A stretch of DNA of 42,059 bases from a virus (lineage: Duplodnaviria; Caudoviricetes): IMG/VR virus record IMGVR_UViG_3300012816_000037, positions 1 to 42,059 of that record; one strand, given 5' to 3'. Below, piece by piece: positions 25,370-35,264 of the stretch; position 1 is the first letter of the stretch, and every line of letters starts with the position of its first letter. The notes beneath the pieces were generated by a model, which was given only the letters and a program-made list of their open reading frames with translations, did not search any database and was not told where the DNA came from. Position numbers and translations under genes: made by a program.

Positions 25370-27727
25370 ATGGGTCTCATCTCGCAATCCATCAAGAACC
25401 TCAAGGGTGGCATCTCGCAGCAACCGGACATCCTGCGTTATCAGGACCAGGGCGCCATCCAGGTCAACGGGTGGTCCTCCGAAACCGAGGGCCTCCAGAA
25501 GCGCTTCCCGTCGAAGTTCATCAAGTACCTGGGGCCAGCCTCCCAGTGGGCGAACAACCCGGCCGTCCACCTCATCAACCGGGATTCCCAGGAGCAATAC
25601 CTGGTCTTCCTGGATGGGACCGGGATTGCCGTCCGGGATCTCCTGGGCAACACCTATACGGTGCGTGGTTATAACGGGTACGCGAACTGCAGCAACCCAA
25701 GGACGGACCTCCGGATGGTCACCGTGGCGGACTATACGTTCGTGGTGAATCGCTCGAAGAAGGTCGCCTTGGGCACCTCCACGACCCAGCCAGGCTACAT
25801 CCCGCTCCGCCGAAGGGCTGTCATCAACGTGCGCGGAGGCCAGTACGGCCGGACCCTCACCGTCGCTATCAACGGGATCCAGTTGGCTACCTTGGCATTG
25901 CCCGATGGCTCCGTGGCCACTCACATCACCCAGATGGACGCCCAGTATATCGCCGGGCAGTTGGCCACCCAGATCAACACCAAGCCAGGCTTCACGGCCA
26001 CCTCCGGACCCGGATGGGTCTGTGTGTCCTCCACCGTGGACATCACCTCGATCACCACGGCAGACGGCTATGCCAACCAGCTCATCTCTGCGTTCATCTA
26101 CCAGGTCCAAACCTTCGCCAAGCTGCCTATCCAGTGTGTGGATGGATACCTGGTGGAGATCACCGGGGAGAATACTGCGAGTAAGGATAACTACTGGGTC
26201 AAGTATGACGCTGCCGGCCTGGTATGGCGGGAGACCGTAGCTCCAGGGATCATCCAGGGTGTGGACGACTCGACCATGCCCCACGCGCTCGTCCGGGCGG
26301 CTGATGGGCAGTTCGATTGGAAGCCGGTGGAGTGGGGTAAGCGGACCTCCGGCGACGACACCACAAACCCAATGCCATCCTTCCTGGATGCAGCCATAAG
26401 TGATGTCTTCTTCTTCCGGAATCGCCTGGGCTTCCTGAGTGGTGAGAACGTCATCATGAGCCGCACGGCGAAGTACTTCGACTTCTTCCCGGCCTCCGTG
26501 GCGGCTCTCTCGGACGACGATCCGATAGACGTCGCCATCTCCCATAACCGGGTGTCCATCCTGAAGTATGCGGTCCCGTACTCGGAGCAACTCCTACTCT
26601 GGAGCGACCAAGCCCAATTTGTCCTGACAGCTAACGGCGTTCTGTCCTCGAAGACCATCCAGCTCGACCTCACCACCGAGTTCGACGTGAGCGACAATGC
26701 GCGCCCCTTCGGCCTTGGCCGTGGCGTTTACTTCGTGAGCCCACGAGCGGCCTTCAGTTCCGTAAAGCGCTACTACGCGGTCCAGGACGTGAGCGACGTG
26801 AAGGACGCGGAGGATATCTCGGGGCACGTCCCGAACTACGTCCCGAACACCGTGTTTGCTATCCATGGGTCCGGCACCGAGAACTTCATCACGGTGCTCT
26901 CGGATCAGGCAAAGCAGTGTGTCTTCATCTACAAGTTCCTCTACGTGGACCAGCGCCTTGCGCAGCAGTCCTGGAGCCATTGGGATCTTGGGGACGGTGT
27001 GGAGGTCCTCTCCGCCCAGTGCATCGGGTCGCTCATGTGGATGGTCCTCCGGCGCCCTGGCGGTATCACCCTGGAGCGCGTGGAGTTCACACGGGAAACG
27101 CTGGACGTACCTACAGAGCCTTACCGTGCCTACATGGATATGAAGGCTTCCGTGGTGGCCAGCTCGTATAACGACGATCTCTTCCGGTCCACCATTAAGA
27201 TCCGGGATGCCTATGGCTTCCTCCCGACCTCAGGGGACTTCTACACCCTCCGGGATGATGGGGTTTACAAGCTCCACAAGTGCCCAGTGGGTGGCTGGAC
27301 GGGGGACGGGGAGCTTTACCTGGACGGGGACCACACTGGCCGCCAGTTCGTCCTGGGGCTGAGCTACGAGCTCCTCTATGTGTTCTCCAAGTTCCTCATC
27401 AAGAACACCGCCCAGGATGGCACCACGGTCACGGAGGACGTAGGGCGCCTACAGCTCCGCCGAGCTTGGGTGAACTACGAGCGCTCTGGGGCTTTCGACG
27501 TGACCGTTTCCAACGGATCCACGGAGTTCGTCTACACGATGCCAGGGGTGAACCTCGGGTCCCACGTACTTGGCAATGCCTCCCTTGGCACTGGCCAACA
27601 CCGCTTCTCCGTAGCCGGCAACGCCCGGAATCAGACAGTAACCCTTTCGTCCTCCTACCCGGTCCCGGTGAACATCATCGGCTGCGGCTGGGAGGGCAAC
27701 TACCTGCGCCGGTCTTCCGGCACCTGA
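25370..27727 (+). CDS. gp12: Tail tubular protein B
   Basis: ISQSIKNLKGGISQQPD, FFFRNRLGFLSGENV, GRLQLRRAW. Confidence 0.97.
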   Translation: MGLISQSIKNLKGGISQQPDILRYQDQGAIQVNGWSSETEGLQKRFPSKFIKYLGPASQWANNPAVHLINRDSQEQYLVFLDGTGIAVRDLLGNTYTVRGYNGYANCSNPRTDLRMVTVADYTFVVNRSKKVALGTSTTQPGYIPLRRRAVINVRGGQYGRTLTVAINGIQLATLALPDGSVATHITQMDAQYIAGQLATQINTKPGFTATSGPGWVCVSSTVDITSITTADGYANQLISAFIYQVQTFAKLPIQCVDGYLVEITGENTASKDNYWVKYDAAGLVWRETVAPGIIQGVDDSTMPHALVRAADGQFDWKPVEWGKRTSGDDTTNPMPSFLDAAISDVFFFRNRLGFLSGENVIMSRTAKYFDFFPASVAALSDDDPIDVAISHNRVSILKYAVPYSEQLLLWSDQAQFVLTANGVLSSKTIQLDLTTEFDVSDNARPFGLGRGVYFVSPRAAFSSVKRYYAVQDVSDVKDAEDISGHVPNYVPNTVFAIHGSGTENFITVLSDQAKQCVFIYKFLYVDQRLAQQSWSHWDLGDGVEVLSAQCIGSLMWMVLRRPGGITLERVEFTRETLDVPTEPYRAYMDMKASVVASSYNDDLFRSTIKIRDAYGFLPTSGDFYTLRDDGVYKLHKCPVGGWTGDGELYLDGDHTGRQFVLGLSYELLYVFSKFLIKNTAQDGTTVTEDVGRLQLRRAWVNYERSGAFDVTVSNGSTEFVYTMPGVNLGSHVLGNASLGTGQHRFSVAGNARNQTVTLSSSYPVPVNIIGCGWEGNYLRRSSGT

Positions 27728-27743
27728 TGAGCAAGGAGGCTCT

Positions 27744-28187
27744 ATGCGATTACACAAGGCGAACTATCTGCACCTGTACCAGGCAGCCCTCAACCTGGCC
27801 CCGAGTGACCGGGAGGAAATGGACCGAGTTAAACCTGGTCGATGCCCCATCCAGGTCCTCACCGCATCCTCGAATGATCCAACGGCCAAAGCCGTCACAG
27901 ACGAGCGGGGCAATGTTCTCGCTGTAGGTGGCACCCCAGGGACCTGCATCTGGTTTGTCCACACGACTCACGCCGAGGCCCTGAGCGCTCGGGACAAGTT
28001 GCGTTTGTTCTGGATCCTGAGGGACTACCTCAAGTCCCTGACGGGGCACCTCCATGTACACGCCTACACCAACATCGTGTCGCTGGCCAACGAGAAGCAC
28101 ATCAAGCTTCTCAATGCCCTGGGCGCTACCTGGGGAGGCTACAAGCGAGCCTACGATGACACCAGGTTCCGCCAGTTCTATTTCTAA
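27744..28187 (+). CDS. gp13: Internal virion/assembly protein A
   Basis: NIV...NEKHIKLLNALGA..FRQF; synteny. Confidence 0.85.
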   Translation: MRLHKANYLHLYQAALNLAPSDREEMDRVKPGRCPIQVLTASSNDPTAKAVTDERGNVLAVGGTPGTCIWFVHTTHAEALSARDKLRLFWILRDYLKSLTGHLHVHAYTNIVSLANEKHIKLLNALGATWGGYKRAYDDTRFRQFYF

Positions 28188-28196
28188 GGAGGCGCC

Positions 28197-28742
28197 ATGT
28201 GTGAACCAGTAAGCATCACTATGGCGGCCGTGGCGCTCGTGGGTGGACTCTCTTCCGCTCACGACCAGGCCAAGGCTGAGGGCCAGGCGGAAGACGCCAA
28301 GCGTAAATCTCAGATCGAGATGGTCCGCCAGATGAACATGGCCAACGCTGACCTAACCCTGGAGAACCGCGACAAGTGGGAGCAGGCCAACCAGGAGCTC
28401 ACCGAGATCAACCTGAAGTCCCTGAAGAACCGAGGGATGGTCACCGCAGCCATCGGGGAGTCCGGTCTATCTGGCAACTCCATGGACCGGATCCAGCGGG
28501 TCACCCAGGCGGAGACCGAGAGGGAGAAGGACAGCGTAGTCACCAACTACCAGCGCGACTACCAGGCCATTTTCGCGAATCAAGTGGGCAATGTGGAGAA
28601 CACCAAGTCCGCAATCCGAGGCGCTGCGCCAGTCATCAAGACCTCCAACCTATCGAAGGCCCTGGGTGTGGCTTCCAGCACTGCCGGAGCTGCAGCCTCG
28701 GGTTACTCCCTGAGTCAGTCTTTGAATGCACCTAAGAAATAA
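28197..28742 (+). CDS. gp14: Internal virion protein B
   Basis: MCEPVSI, AIGESGLSGNSMDRI, NYQRDY. Confidence 0.9.
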   Translation: MCEPVSITMAAVALVGGLSSAHDQAKAEGQAEDAKRKSQIEMVRQMNMANADLTLENRDKWEQANQELTEINLKSLKNRGMVTAAIGESGLSGNSMDRIQRVTQAETEREKDSVVTNYQRDYQAIFANQVGNVENTKSAIRGAAPVIKTSNLSKALGVASSTAGAAASGYSLSQSLNAPKK

Positions 28743-28751
28743 GGAGGGCCA

Positions 28752-30995
28752 ATGGCCAATTCGATCAATGAAGCAGTACAGAACCGGGAGAGTGCTGGTA
28801 TCCAGCGCCTCCGGGACACTGGGCGCCTGGGCTACCGGGCCACCCCAGTGAAAGCTGGCGGCATCTCCCCCAGCGCCTTGTCGGCACTAACAGATTTCGC
28901 CAAGAACGCCACTAAGGCATACGTAGGCTACCGGGCCACCAATGCTGCACTGGCGGACTCTCGATCCGATGAGATCATCCGCAAGCTCACCCCAGAGCAG
29001 CGCCGGGAGGCCCGAGCAAACGGGACCCTTCTGTATCAGGACGACCCGGACACAATGCAAGCGCTGGCCCGCAAGACCGGCCGTAACGCTGCCTATGAGG
29101 TGGACACCTCGGTCCAGGAGTTGATCGGACAGAACAAGTTCAAGACCCCAGACGATCTCCAGGAGTACCTACACACCCGCCGAAATGATGCCGCCAAGGC
29201 ATACGCTGAGGACAACGGGCTCGACCCTGAAGACCAGTTCTTCAAGCAGGGCTTCGACACCAACATCACCGACCGCAACGCTGCCCTGTTCGACACACAC
29301 GCTCGATACCTCTCGGAGCGCTACAAGGCGAACGCCACGATGCAAGCGGCCTCCGACCTGGGGTCTCTCTTGGATGACCCAGAGGTCCTTCAAGGCGAAG
29401 CTGGTCCCGGACATGTGGCGGCCTACCTCAACCAGGGCCTTGCCAGTGGCGAGATCGGGGACGAAGGGATGGCCGTCCGTGTCCTCCAGCAGGCCCTACA
29501 GAACAACGCAAGCCGCCCAGGTGCCGACAGATTCTTTAAGACCATCGGGGACCAGTCTCTCAATCTCTATGGCCAATCCGTCAAGGTGCGAGATGTCATT
29601 GGGGACGCCCAGCTCTCCGCAATGGAGGCTATGTCCGCCAAGGCCACCTTCGACCGCAACCGGGAACTGAAGGACGGCTGGACCAAGGGCCTACAGAACG
29701 CAACGATGCACCCGGATCCCTTTAAGGGCCTGGAGATGCTGGATGGGATGTCCACCAGTCTGAAGGCTGTCCAGGGCACCGATGCGGTAACGGAGGAGTC
29801 CGAGGGTCTCCTGGCAGCCCGCCAGAGGATCTTGGGCAACCTGCAGCAACTCCAGGTCCAGCAAGCCAAGGAGATGACCAAAGCGGCTCAGTCCGACAAC
29901 CGCCAGAGGATCTTCGAGAGCCGCTTCGACCAGAAGAGGGAAGGAGGGATCGTTTCCACTGACTGGAAGACCTTCCAGACGGACACCCAGACCGGCACGT
30001 TCACCAGTGAGGACGCGGCCAACTTCGCGTTCAAGAAGCTCCAGCAGATTGACTCACTGGATATTGACGATGCCGGCAAGACCCGCCTGAAGCTGAGTTA
30101 CCTCAATGCTGACACTGAGGGCGGGCCTTTCCGGGAGCTCTTCAAGAGCGTGGCCCAAGATGCTGCCTCCCAGTATCAGGCCCTGGTCACTTCGGATTCC
30201 ACCGAGCTGTCCAGCGAGAACACCGCCAAGGTTAACCAGTTCATTCAGCTCTACCAGGCTGACCCTGCGACCCTGGCGGCCCTCTACCCGGAGCAGGCGG
30301 CTTTCGCTGAGCGCGCATCCAACATGGCCTCCGCTGGCATGGGGCTGGACGTGATGATCGACGGGGACAGGAAATCACGAGGCGCCTCGAAGGAGACCCG
30401 AGACCTGGCGGACCAGAAGTGGAACGAGCTCCTAACTGGGTCTGATAGCTCCGTCCCGTACATGCCGGGGAACCTCTCGACCGCTGCGCGCAACCTGTAC
30501 GACTCGGAGTTCTTCCGGACAGGCGACGAGCGTAGGGCTAAAGAGGTCGTCAATTCCTGGCTGGACAAGTCCACGGTCACCTTCGGGACCTCCACCAGGA
30601 CAACCGGCGTAGTGCGCAAGCAGACGCTCATGGTGGACCCAGGAAATGCCGCCAGTTGGCAGCAAGGCCGGGACATTCTGGATTCCCACCTCAAGGCCAT
30701 CTCCAAGCAATACCCCTGGATCGACCAAAACGACCTTTCCATCGTGGAGGTGCCAGGTGGTCTCCGCATTACCGACCCTCTCGGGGCCGTGAAGATGGCC
30801 ACCCCGATCACTACCCAGATGCTCCGTGATGAGTTCAAGCACATCAACGGTAAGGCCAGCGATGAGAAGGCCCTGGAGAAGGACCGGAAGATCAACGAAT
30901 ACGACATCGAGAAGTACGAACGCAGCCAGCGGCCATTCAACGGCGCTAACCCCTCCACTGGCACACTGGAGGGCGCTTTCGGCTTCCGCGACTAA
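28752..30995 (+). CDS. gp15: Internal virion protein C
   Basis: EIIRKLTPEQRREA..GTLLYQDDP. Confidence 0.92.
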   Translation: MANSINEAVQNRESAGIQRLRDTGRLGYRATPVKAGGISPSALSALTDFAKNATKAYVGYRATNAALADSRSDEIIRKLTPEQRREARANGTLLYQDDPDTMQALARKTGRNAAYEVDTSVQELIGQNKFKTPDDLQEYLHTRRNDAAKAYAEDNGLDPEDQFFKQGFDTNITDRNAALFDTHARYLSERYKANATMQAASDLGSLLDDPEVLQGEAGPGHVAAYLNQGLASGEIGDEGMAVRVLQQALQNNASRPGADRFFKTIGDQSLNLYGQSVKVRDVIGDAQLSAMEAMSAKATFDRNRELKDGWTKGLQNATMHPDPFKGLEMLDGMSTSLKAVQGTDAVTEESEGLLAARQRILGNLQQLQVQQAKEMTKAAQSDNRQRIFESRFDQKREGGIVSTDWKTFQTDTQTGTFTSEDAANFAFKKLQQIDSLDIDDAGKTRLKLSYLNADTEGGPFRELFKSVAQDAASQYQALVTSDSTELSSENTAKVNQFIQLYQADPATLAALYPEQAAFAERASNMASAGMGLDVMIDGDRKSRGASKETRDLADQKWNELLTGSDSSVPYMPGNLSTAARNLYDSEFFRTGDERRAKEVVNSWLDKSTVTFGTSTRTTGVVRKQTLMVDPGNAASWQQGRDILDSHLKAISKQYPWIDQNDLSIVEVPGGLRITDPLGAVKMATPITTQMLRDEFKHINGKASDEKALEKDRKINEYDIEKYERSQRPFNGANPSTGTLEGAFGFRD

Positions 30996-31007
30996 CAAGG
31001 AGGCTAC

Positions 31008-34000
31008 ATGAAGTTCAACCAGGAATACGCGGCAGTCCAGCAATCTGGCGGCCCATACGACGACCTTATCCAATCCGCCGCAGCCCAATACGGAGTGTCC
31101 TACCCGTTACTCCACAAGCAGCTCTTCATGGAGTCCCGTTTCGACCCGGCCGCTAAGAGTCCCACCGGCCCCCGTGGTATCGGGCAGATGACCAAGGCCA
31201 CCGGACGGGCCTACGGCTTGGTCACAGAGGCTGACTTCTTCAACCCTGCCAAGTCCATCGACGCTGCAGCCCGACACATGCGAGACAACGTGAAGCTGTC
31301 TGGTGGTGATGAGCTCAAAGCGCTCCTCATGTACAACCAAGGGGGCGGTCCCGTGGGGCGCGGCCAGCTCCAGGCGTATGACCAGGGGGATTTCTCCAAG
31401 GTGTCCGAGGAGGGCCTGAAGTACATGGCCCGGATGGCGGACGTTGCTAAGGGATCCCGAGCGGATGCCCTGGCGTCTCTTGCAAAGCCCGTGGGTGGAC
31501 CTGAGGCAACCACCAGCGACGGAAGCGCCTCCTACGCGGCCCCTGACTTCATGCAGCCGATACCTAAGGCCGGCGCAGTGGAGCCAGTCCAGGCCGCTAC
31601 CGGATTGACTGGAGGGCCAGGCTTGGAGGTGGCCACTCCATTCGCCAAGCTCCTGGCAGATACCGGAGCCGATGACACCGAGCCAGGTATCTTCGGGAAG
31701 ACCGGCGAGTCCGTGAAGGCATCCTTGCAGACTTCACCTCTGGGCATGGCCATCCGGGCAGCTATCGGCCACGGAGAGTTTGACCTCACCGAGTCCTATA
31801 CCCGCATGAAGGATGTCTTCAATGATCCGTTCGAGATGGGACGCCTGAGTGATTGGACAGAGGAGGATTACAACAAGCTCCGCTCCAGCCAGCTCGACCC
31901 GTCCTTCTATGACGTGGTGCTGCGGGGCTACCGGAAGAACTTCGATGAGAACCTCCAGCTTGCTCTGGAGAACCAAAAGATGCTTCGGGAGCAGGCCACT
32001 GCCGGTATGGGAGCACAGCTCATCGGCGGGGCTGCAGCGATGTTGGGGGACCCTTGGACCCTGGTGAGTCCGGGGCGTGGGGCTGCAGCCGGCCTTGGGA
32101 GTCGCCTGGTGGGCGGCGCTGTTGCCGGTGGAGCACTGGGCGGCTTGTCTGAGCACACCAACGCCAAGGTTGCCGGCCGGGAGGAGAACCTTGGCATGGC
32201 TATCCTCGGGGGAGCAGCCTTTGGGTCGGCCCTTAATGGCCTCCTTGGGGCTCGCCCTGCCGCAGCCTCCCGTGGCCCCCAGCCTCTTGAAGGGGACTTC
32301 CTGGGTCCAGAGGTGGCCCCTGAGAGCCCCCGAGGTCCTGGGCTGGAGGCTGGCCCCATCGAAGGCGAGTATCAGCCGGTGTCTCTCTTGGAGGGCAGAC
32401 TGAGCCTTCCGGGACCAGAAGGGGACGTATCGGGACCTGCTACCCGTCTCCTGGTGCGCGAGAAGGCTCGCCAGGCTGGCCTCGAAGATGACCCGTCTGC
32501 CATGCCGCACCGTGATGGCGATGAGGTCTTCGAGAACGGCCCGGTGGACTTCACGGACGTTCCATTCGAGCCAGGGGCAGCCCGGACGGCCAATGGTGCC
32601 ATTCATAGTGCCGGCTCTCCGTTGAACCCTCGGACCATCCGAGACTTCGATGAGCTGGACCCATACGACACCAAGGCCAACCTGGGCGTCCGCTTCGGTG
32701 GGATGTCCGAGATTGGCCTGGTACTGGGTCGGTCCACGAATGACGAGCTCCGGACGCTGGCTAATGACCTCTTCCGGTCTCCCACGGGCTACACCAACGG
32801 TTCCAACGGGAAGTTTGGGGTTACAGCCTCGGACCTCCACCAGCGCTTCCATGCGCAGGACAACAAGGCGTACCGGGGATTCCAGACGCTCTTCGATGAG
32901 ATCCACGCGGATCCCTACTGGAAAGCCCAACCACTGACTCAGGCAGGCCGACAGGAGATGGCATCCCGCCGAATCGTGGAAGCGCTGGAGCGAGGGGACA
33001 CCGTAGGTCTTACCCCTGGTGAGGTGAAGATGGTGGGTGCTCTTCAGGAACACCTGGGAGAGAAGCTGGACCGCCTGGTCAATCCGGGGCAGTTCGGCCG
33101 CCTCGACGCCAAGCCACTCCTACAGAACACTCGACACACCAACTCCTACTACCCCAACCGATACTCCACGGCTGCCAAGCAGGGATACATTCGGGAACTC
33201 GGCAGGGACGGTCTGCAGGAAGCCATCAAGCGCTCCTGGCTGGCCAGCTACATGAAACGGCCGGCTGTTAAGGCACGAGTGGACGACATGCTTCAGGAAG
33301 CCCTTCAGGCCCGCCTGGCTGCCATTGCCCCGAAGCCACCGAGAGGAACCAAGGGGCAGAAGAAGGTAGCCCCAAAGGTGGATCCTCAGGTGGAGGCGAA
33401 GATTCTGCAGGAGCTCGTGGAGAAGTACGCCCATGACAAAGCCTATGGAATCTCGCACAGCGAGCAATTCAATCGCAGCTCGTTGATCGAGGAGAACCTG
33501 GACGGACTCACAGGTCTGGAGAACAACGCCTACCTGGAGGCTCGCCAGCTCTTTGATTCGGACGTGTCCATTCAGCTCCCGAGCGGTGACGACTTCGCAG
33601 TCAATGACCTGCGCGAGTTCGACATCATGCGCCTGGTCCCTCAGTACGACCGGAGGACTAACGGTGACGTTGCCCTTATGGCTTCCACTGGCAAAACCAC
33701 CAAGGAGCTGAAGGACCAGGCTATCGCTATTGAGCAGGCGGCAACCCGAGGCGACGAAAAGCAAGACGCCCAGGCTCTCTACGGTGCCCTCAAGATCCTC
33801 ACAGGCCGAGCCCGTCGAGATCCGGACGCAGCCTTCGGGACTTTCGTCCGGGCCTTGAACGACATCGGGTTCACCACGAAGAACGCCTATATGGGCATCC
33901 AGAACTTCGGGGAGGCGGCTAAGTTGGCAGTCAATGGTCACCTCAAAATGCTCCTGAAGGATGTCCCTGTGCTTCGTGAGTGGACCACCGCAGGGACGCA

Positions 34001-35198
34001 CCTGAAGCCGGAGGATATCTCCGCGATGCACGACCTGTTGTTCGGTAAGGAGCTGGACGACCTCATCCGCCCATCCAGGGCTGACATCGTGGACAACCTC
34101 CGCAACCGCACCTCGGGCTTCATGGCGACCCTTGCGGGTAACGTGAAGTGGTTCACCGGGGAGGCCGCAGTCCGCAACCCGTTCACTTGGCTCCTGCAGG
34201 AGTCCTCCAATCTTCTGCTGGACGCTGGCCGGCAGGGGATGATGGTGGACTTGGCCAACCAGGTACTCAATGGGAAGACCAGCTCGCTGTTCACCTCAGA
34301 GCGCCTCCGCTCCGCCTCGATCTCCAAGGAGCAATTCCAGGGGATCTCCGACCTGATTCGTGAGCACTTCACACGGGACTCCTCGGGCAAGTGGTCCCTC
34401 AACGACCGGGAAGGGCTGGCCAAGGATGTCCGCTCGATGGACTTGTGGCGCCTGGGTGACCGGGTGGCCGATGAGACCATCCTCCGGGCTCACAAGGTCT
34501 CCGCCCAGGCGTCCGTCCAGTACGGCCCTGTGGTGGGAGCGGCGATGCAGTTCAAAATGTTCGTTCTCCGCAGTGTGAACGGCCGTATGGTCCGTGGTTA
34601 CTGGGAGGCTCACCGCAACGGGAGCAGGGCGGCGCTCGACCAGGCCGCGCAGGTGGGGGTCTCTCTGGGTCTCGCCACGATGCTCTATGCAGCCTCGGCG
34701 CAGCTCAAGGCTCTGGGACTTCCAGACCGAGCCCGCAAGGACTACCTGGACAAGGCTTTTAGTCTCCCAATGCTGTCCTACGCGGCAATCTCCCGGAGCT
34801 CCCACATCGGCGCTCCTGCTGGTGTGGCGAGCGTAGTGGGTGGGCCTTTGGGGTACGACTGGGCTACTGCAGCGCGGACCTCGATCCTCCCACGGGAGCC
34901 AAGCCCCAAGCGGGCCGAAGGTGCGCCTATGGCTGGGGTGGCCCCGCTGCACTCCAATGGGGTCCAGGACGTTATCTCTAACACGCTCGACCAGATCCCC
35001 GCCGCTGGGGTGCTGGCCAACGCCGGCATGGGGTTCTACTCGGCCGCTCACGTCGCCGCAGATAAACGTGGCGATGACGTTCAAGGGCACCGTACAGCCC
35101 TGTGGAATGCCCTCCGCTTCTTCGTACCGAATGACCCTATGACCCAGAACGTGATGATGCGTATGGCTCAGGACAGCGGCGTCCGGGCGACCCGATAG
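31008..35198 (+). CDS. gp16: Internal virion protein D with N-terminal lytic transglycosylase
   Basis: MESRFDPAAKSPTGPRGIGQ, YNQG; 1396 aa. Confidence 0.95.
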   Translation: MKFNQEYAAVQQSGGPYDDLIQSAAAQYGVSYPLLHKQLFMESRFDPAAKSPTGPRGIGQMTKATGRAYGLVTEADFFNPAKSIDAAARHMRDNVKLSGGDELKALLMYNQGGGPVGRGQLQAYDQGDFSKVSEEGLKYMARMADVAKGSRADALASLAKPVGGPEATTSDGSASYAAPDFMQPIPKAGAVEPVQAATGLTGGPGLEVATPFAKLLADTGADDTEPGIFGKTGESVKASLQTSPLGMAIRAAIGHGEFDLTESYTRMKDVFNDPFEMGRLSDWTEEDYNKLRSSQLDPSFYDVVLRGYRKNFDENLQLALENQKMLREQATAGMGAQLIGGAAAMLGDPWTLVSPGRGAAAGLGSRLVGGAVAGGALGGLSEHTNAKVAGREENLGMAILGGAAFGSALNGLLGARPAAASRGPQPLEGDFLGPEVAPESPRGPGLEAGPIEGEYQPVSLLEGRLSLPGPEGDVSGPATRLLVREKARQAGLEDDPSAMPHRDGDEVFENGPVDFTDVPFEPGAARTANGAIHSAGSPLNPRTIRDFDELDPYDTKANLGVRFGGMSEIGLVLGRSTNDELRTLANDLFRSPTGYTNGSNGKFGVTASDLHQRFHAQDNKAYRGFQTLFDEIHADPYWKAQPLTQAGRQEMASRRIVEALERGDTVGLTPGEVKMVGALQEHLGEKLDRLVNPGQFGRLDAKPLLQNTRHTNSYYPNRYSTAAKQGYIRELGRDGLQEAIKRSWLASYMKRPAVKARVDDMLQEALQARLAAIAPKPPRGTKGQKKVAPKVDPQVEAKILQELVEKYAHDKAYGISHSEQFNRSSLIEENLDGLTGLENNAYLEARQLFDSDVSIQLPSGDDFAVNDLREFDIMRLVPQYDRRTNGDVALMASTGKTTKELKDQAIAIEQAATRGDEKQDAQALYGALKILTGRARRDPDAAFGTFVRALNDIGFTTKNAYMGIQNFGEAAKLAVNGHLKMLLKDVPVLREWTTAGTHLKPEDISAMHDLLFGKELDDLIRPSRADIVDNLRNRTSGFMATLAGNVKWFTGEAAVRNPFTWLLQESSNLLLDAGRQGMMVDLANQVLNGKTSSLFTSERLRSASISKEQFQGISDLIREHFTRDSSGKWSLNDREGLAKDVRSMDLWRLGDRVADETILRAHKVSAQASVQYGPVVGAAMQFKMFVLRSVNGRMVRGYWEAHRNGSRAALDQAAQVGVSLGLATMLYAASAQLKALGLPDRARKDYLDKAFSLPMLSYAAISRSSHIGAPAGVASVVGGPLGYDWATAARTSILPREPSPKRAEGAPMAGVAPLHSNGVQDVISNTLDQIPAAGVLANAGMGFYSAAHVAADKRGDDVQGHRTALWNALRFFVPNDPMTQNVMMRMAQDSGVRATR

Positions 35199-35217
35199 AT
35201 CCCCTCACTATTAGGGC
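35195..35217 (+). promoter_or_regulatory. Phage RNAP promoter (phi17-like)
   Basis: ATAGATCCCCTCACTATTAGGGC. Confidence 0.85.
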
Positions 35218-35264
35218 CTGGCAGGACGCCGGGCCTCTCTTTCCACACGCATGGAGGCCGACCT

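Noticed and set aside
24719-26590. 623-aa minus-strand ORF, and similar long antisense ORFs (14128-15318, 15751-16944, 23552-24646, 31734-33053, 36060-37448)
   Set aside because: Antisense shadows of well-conserved plus-strand genes in GC-rich DNA; no motifs or RBS.
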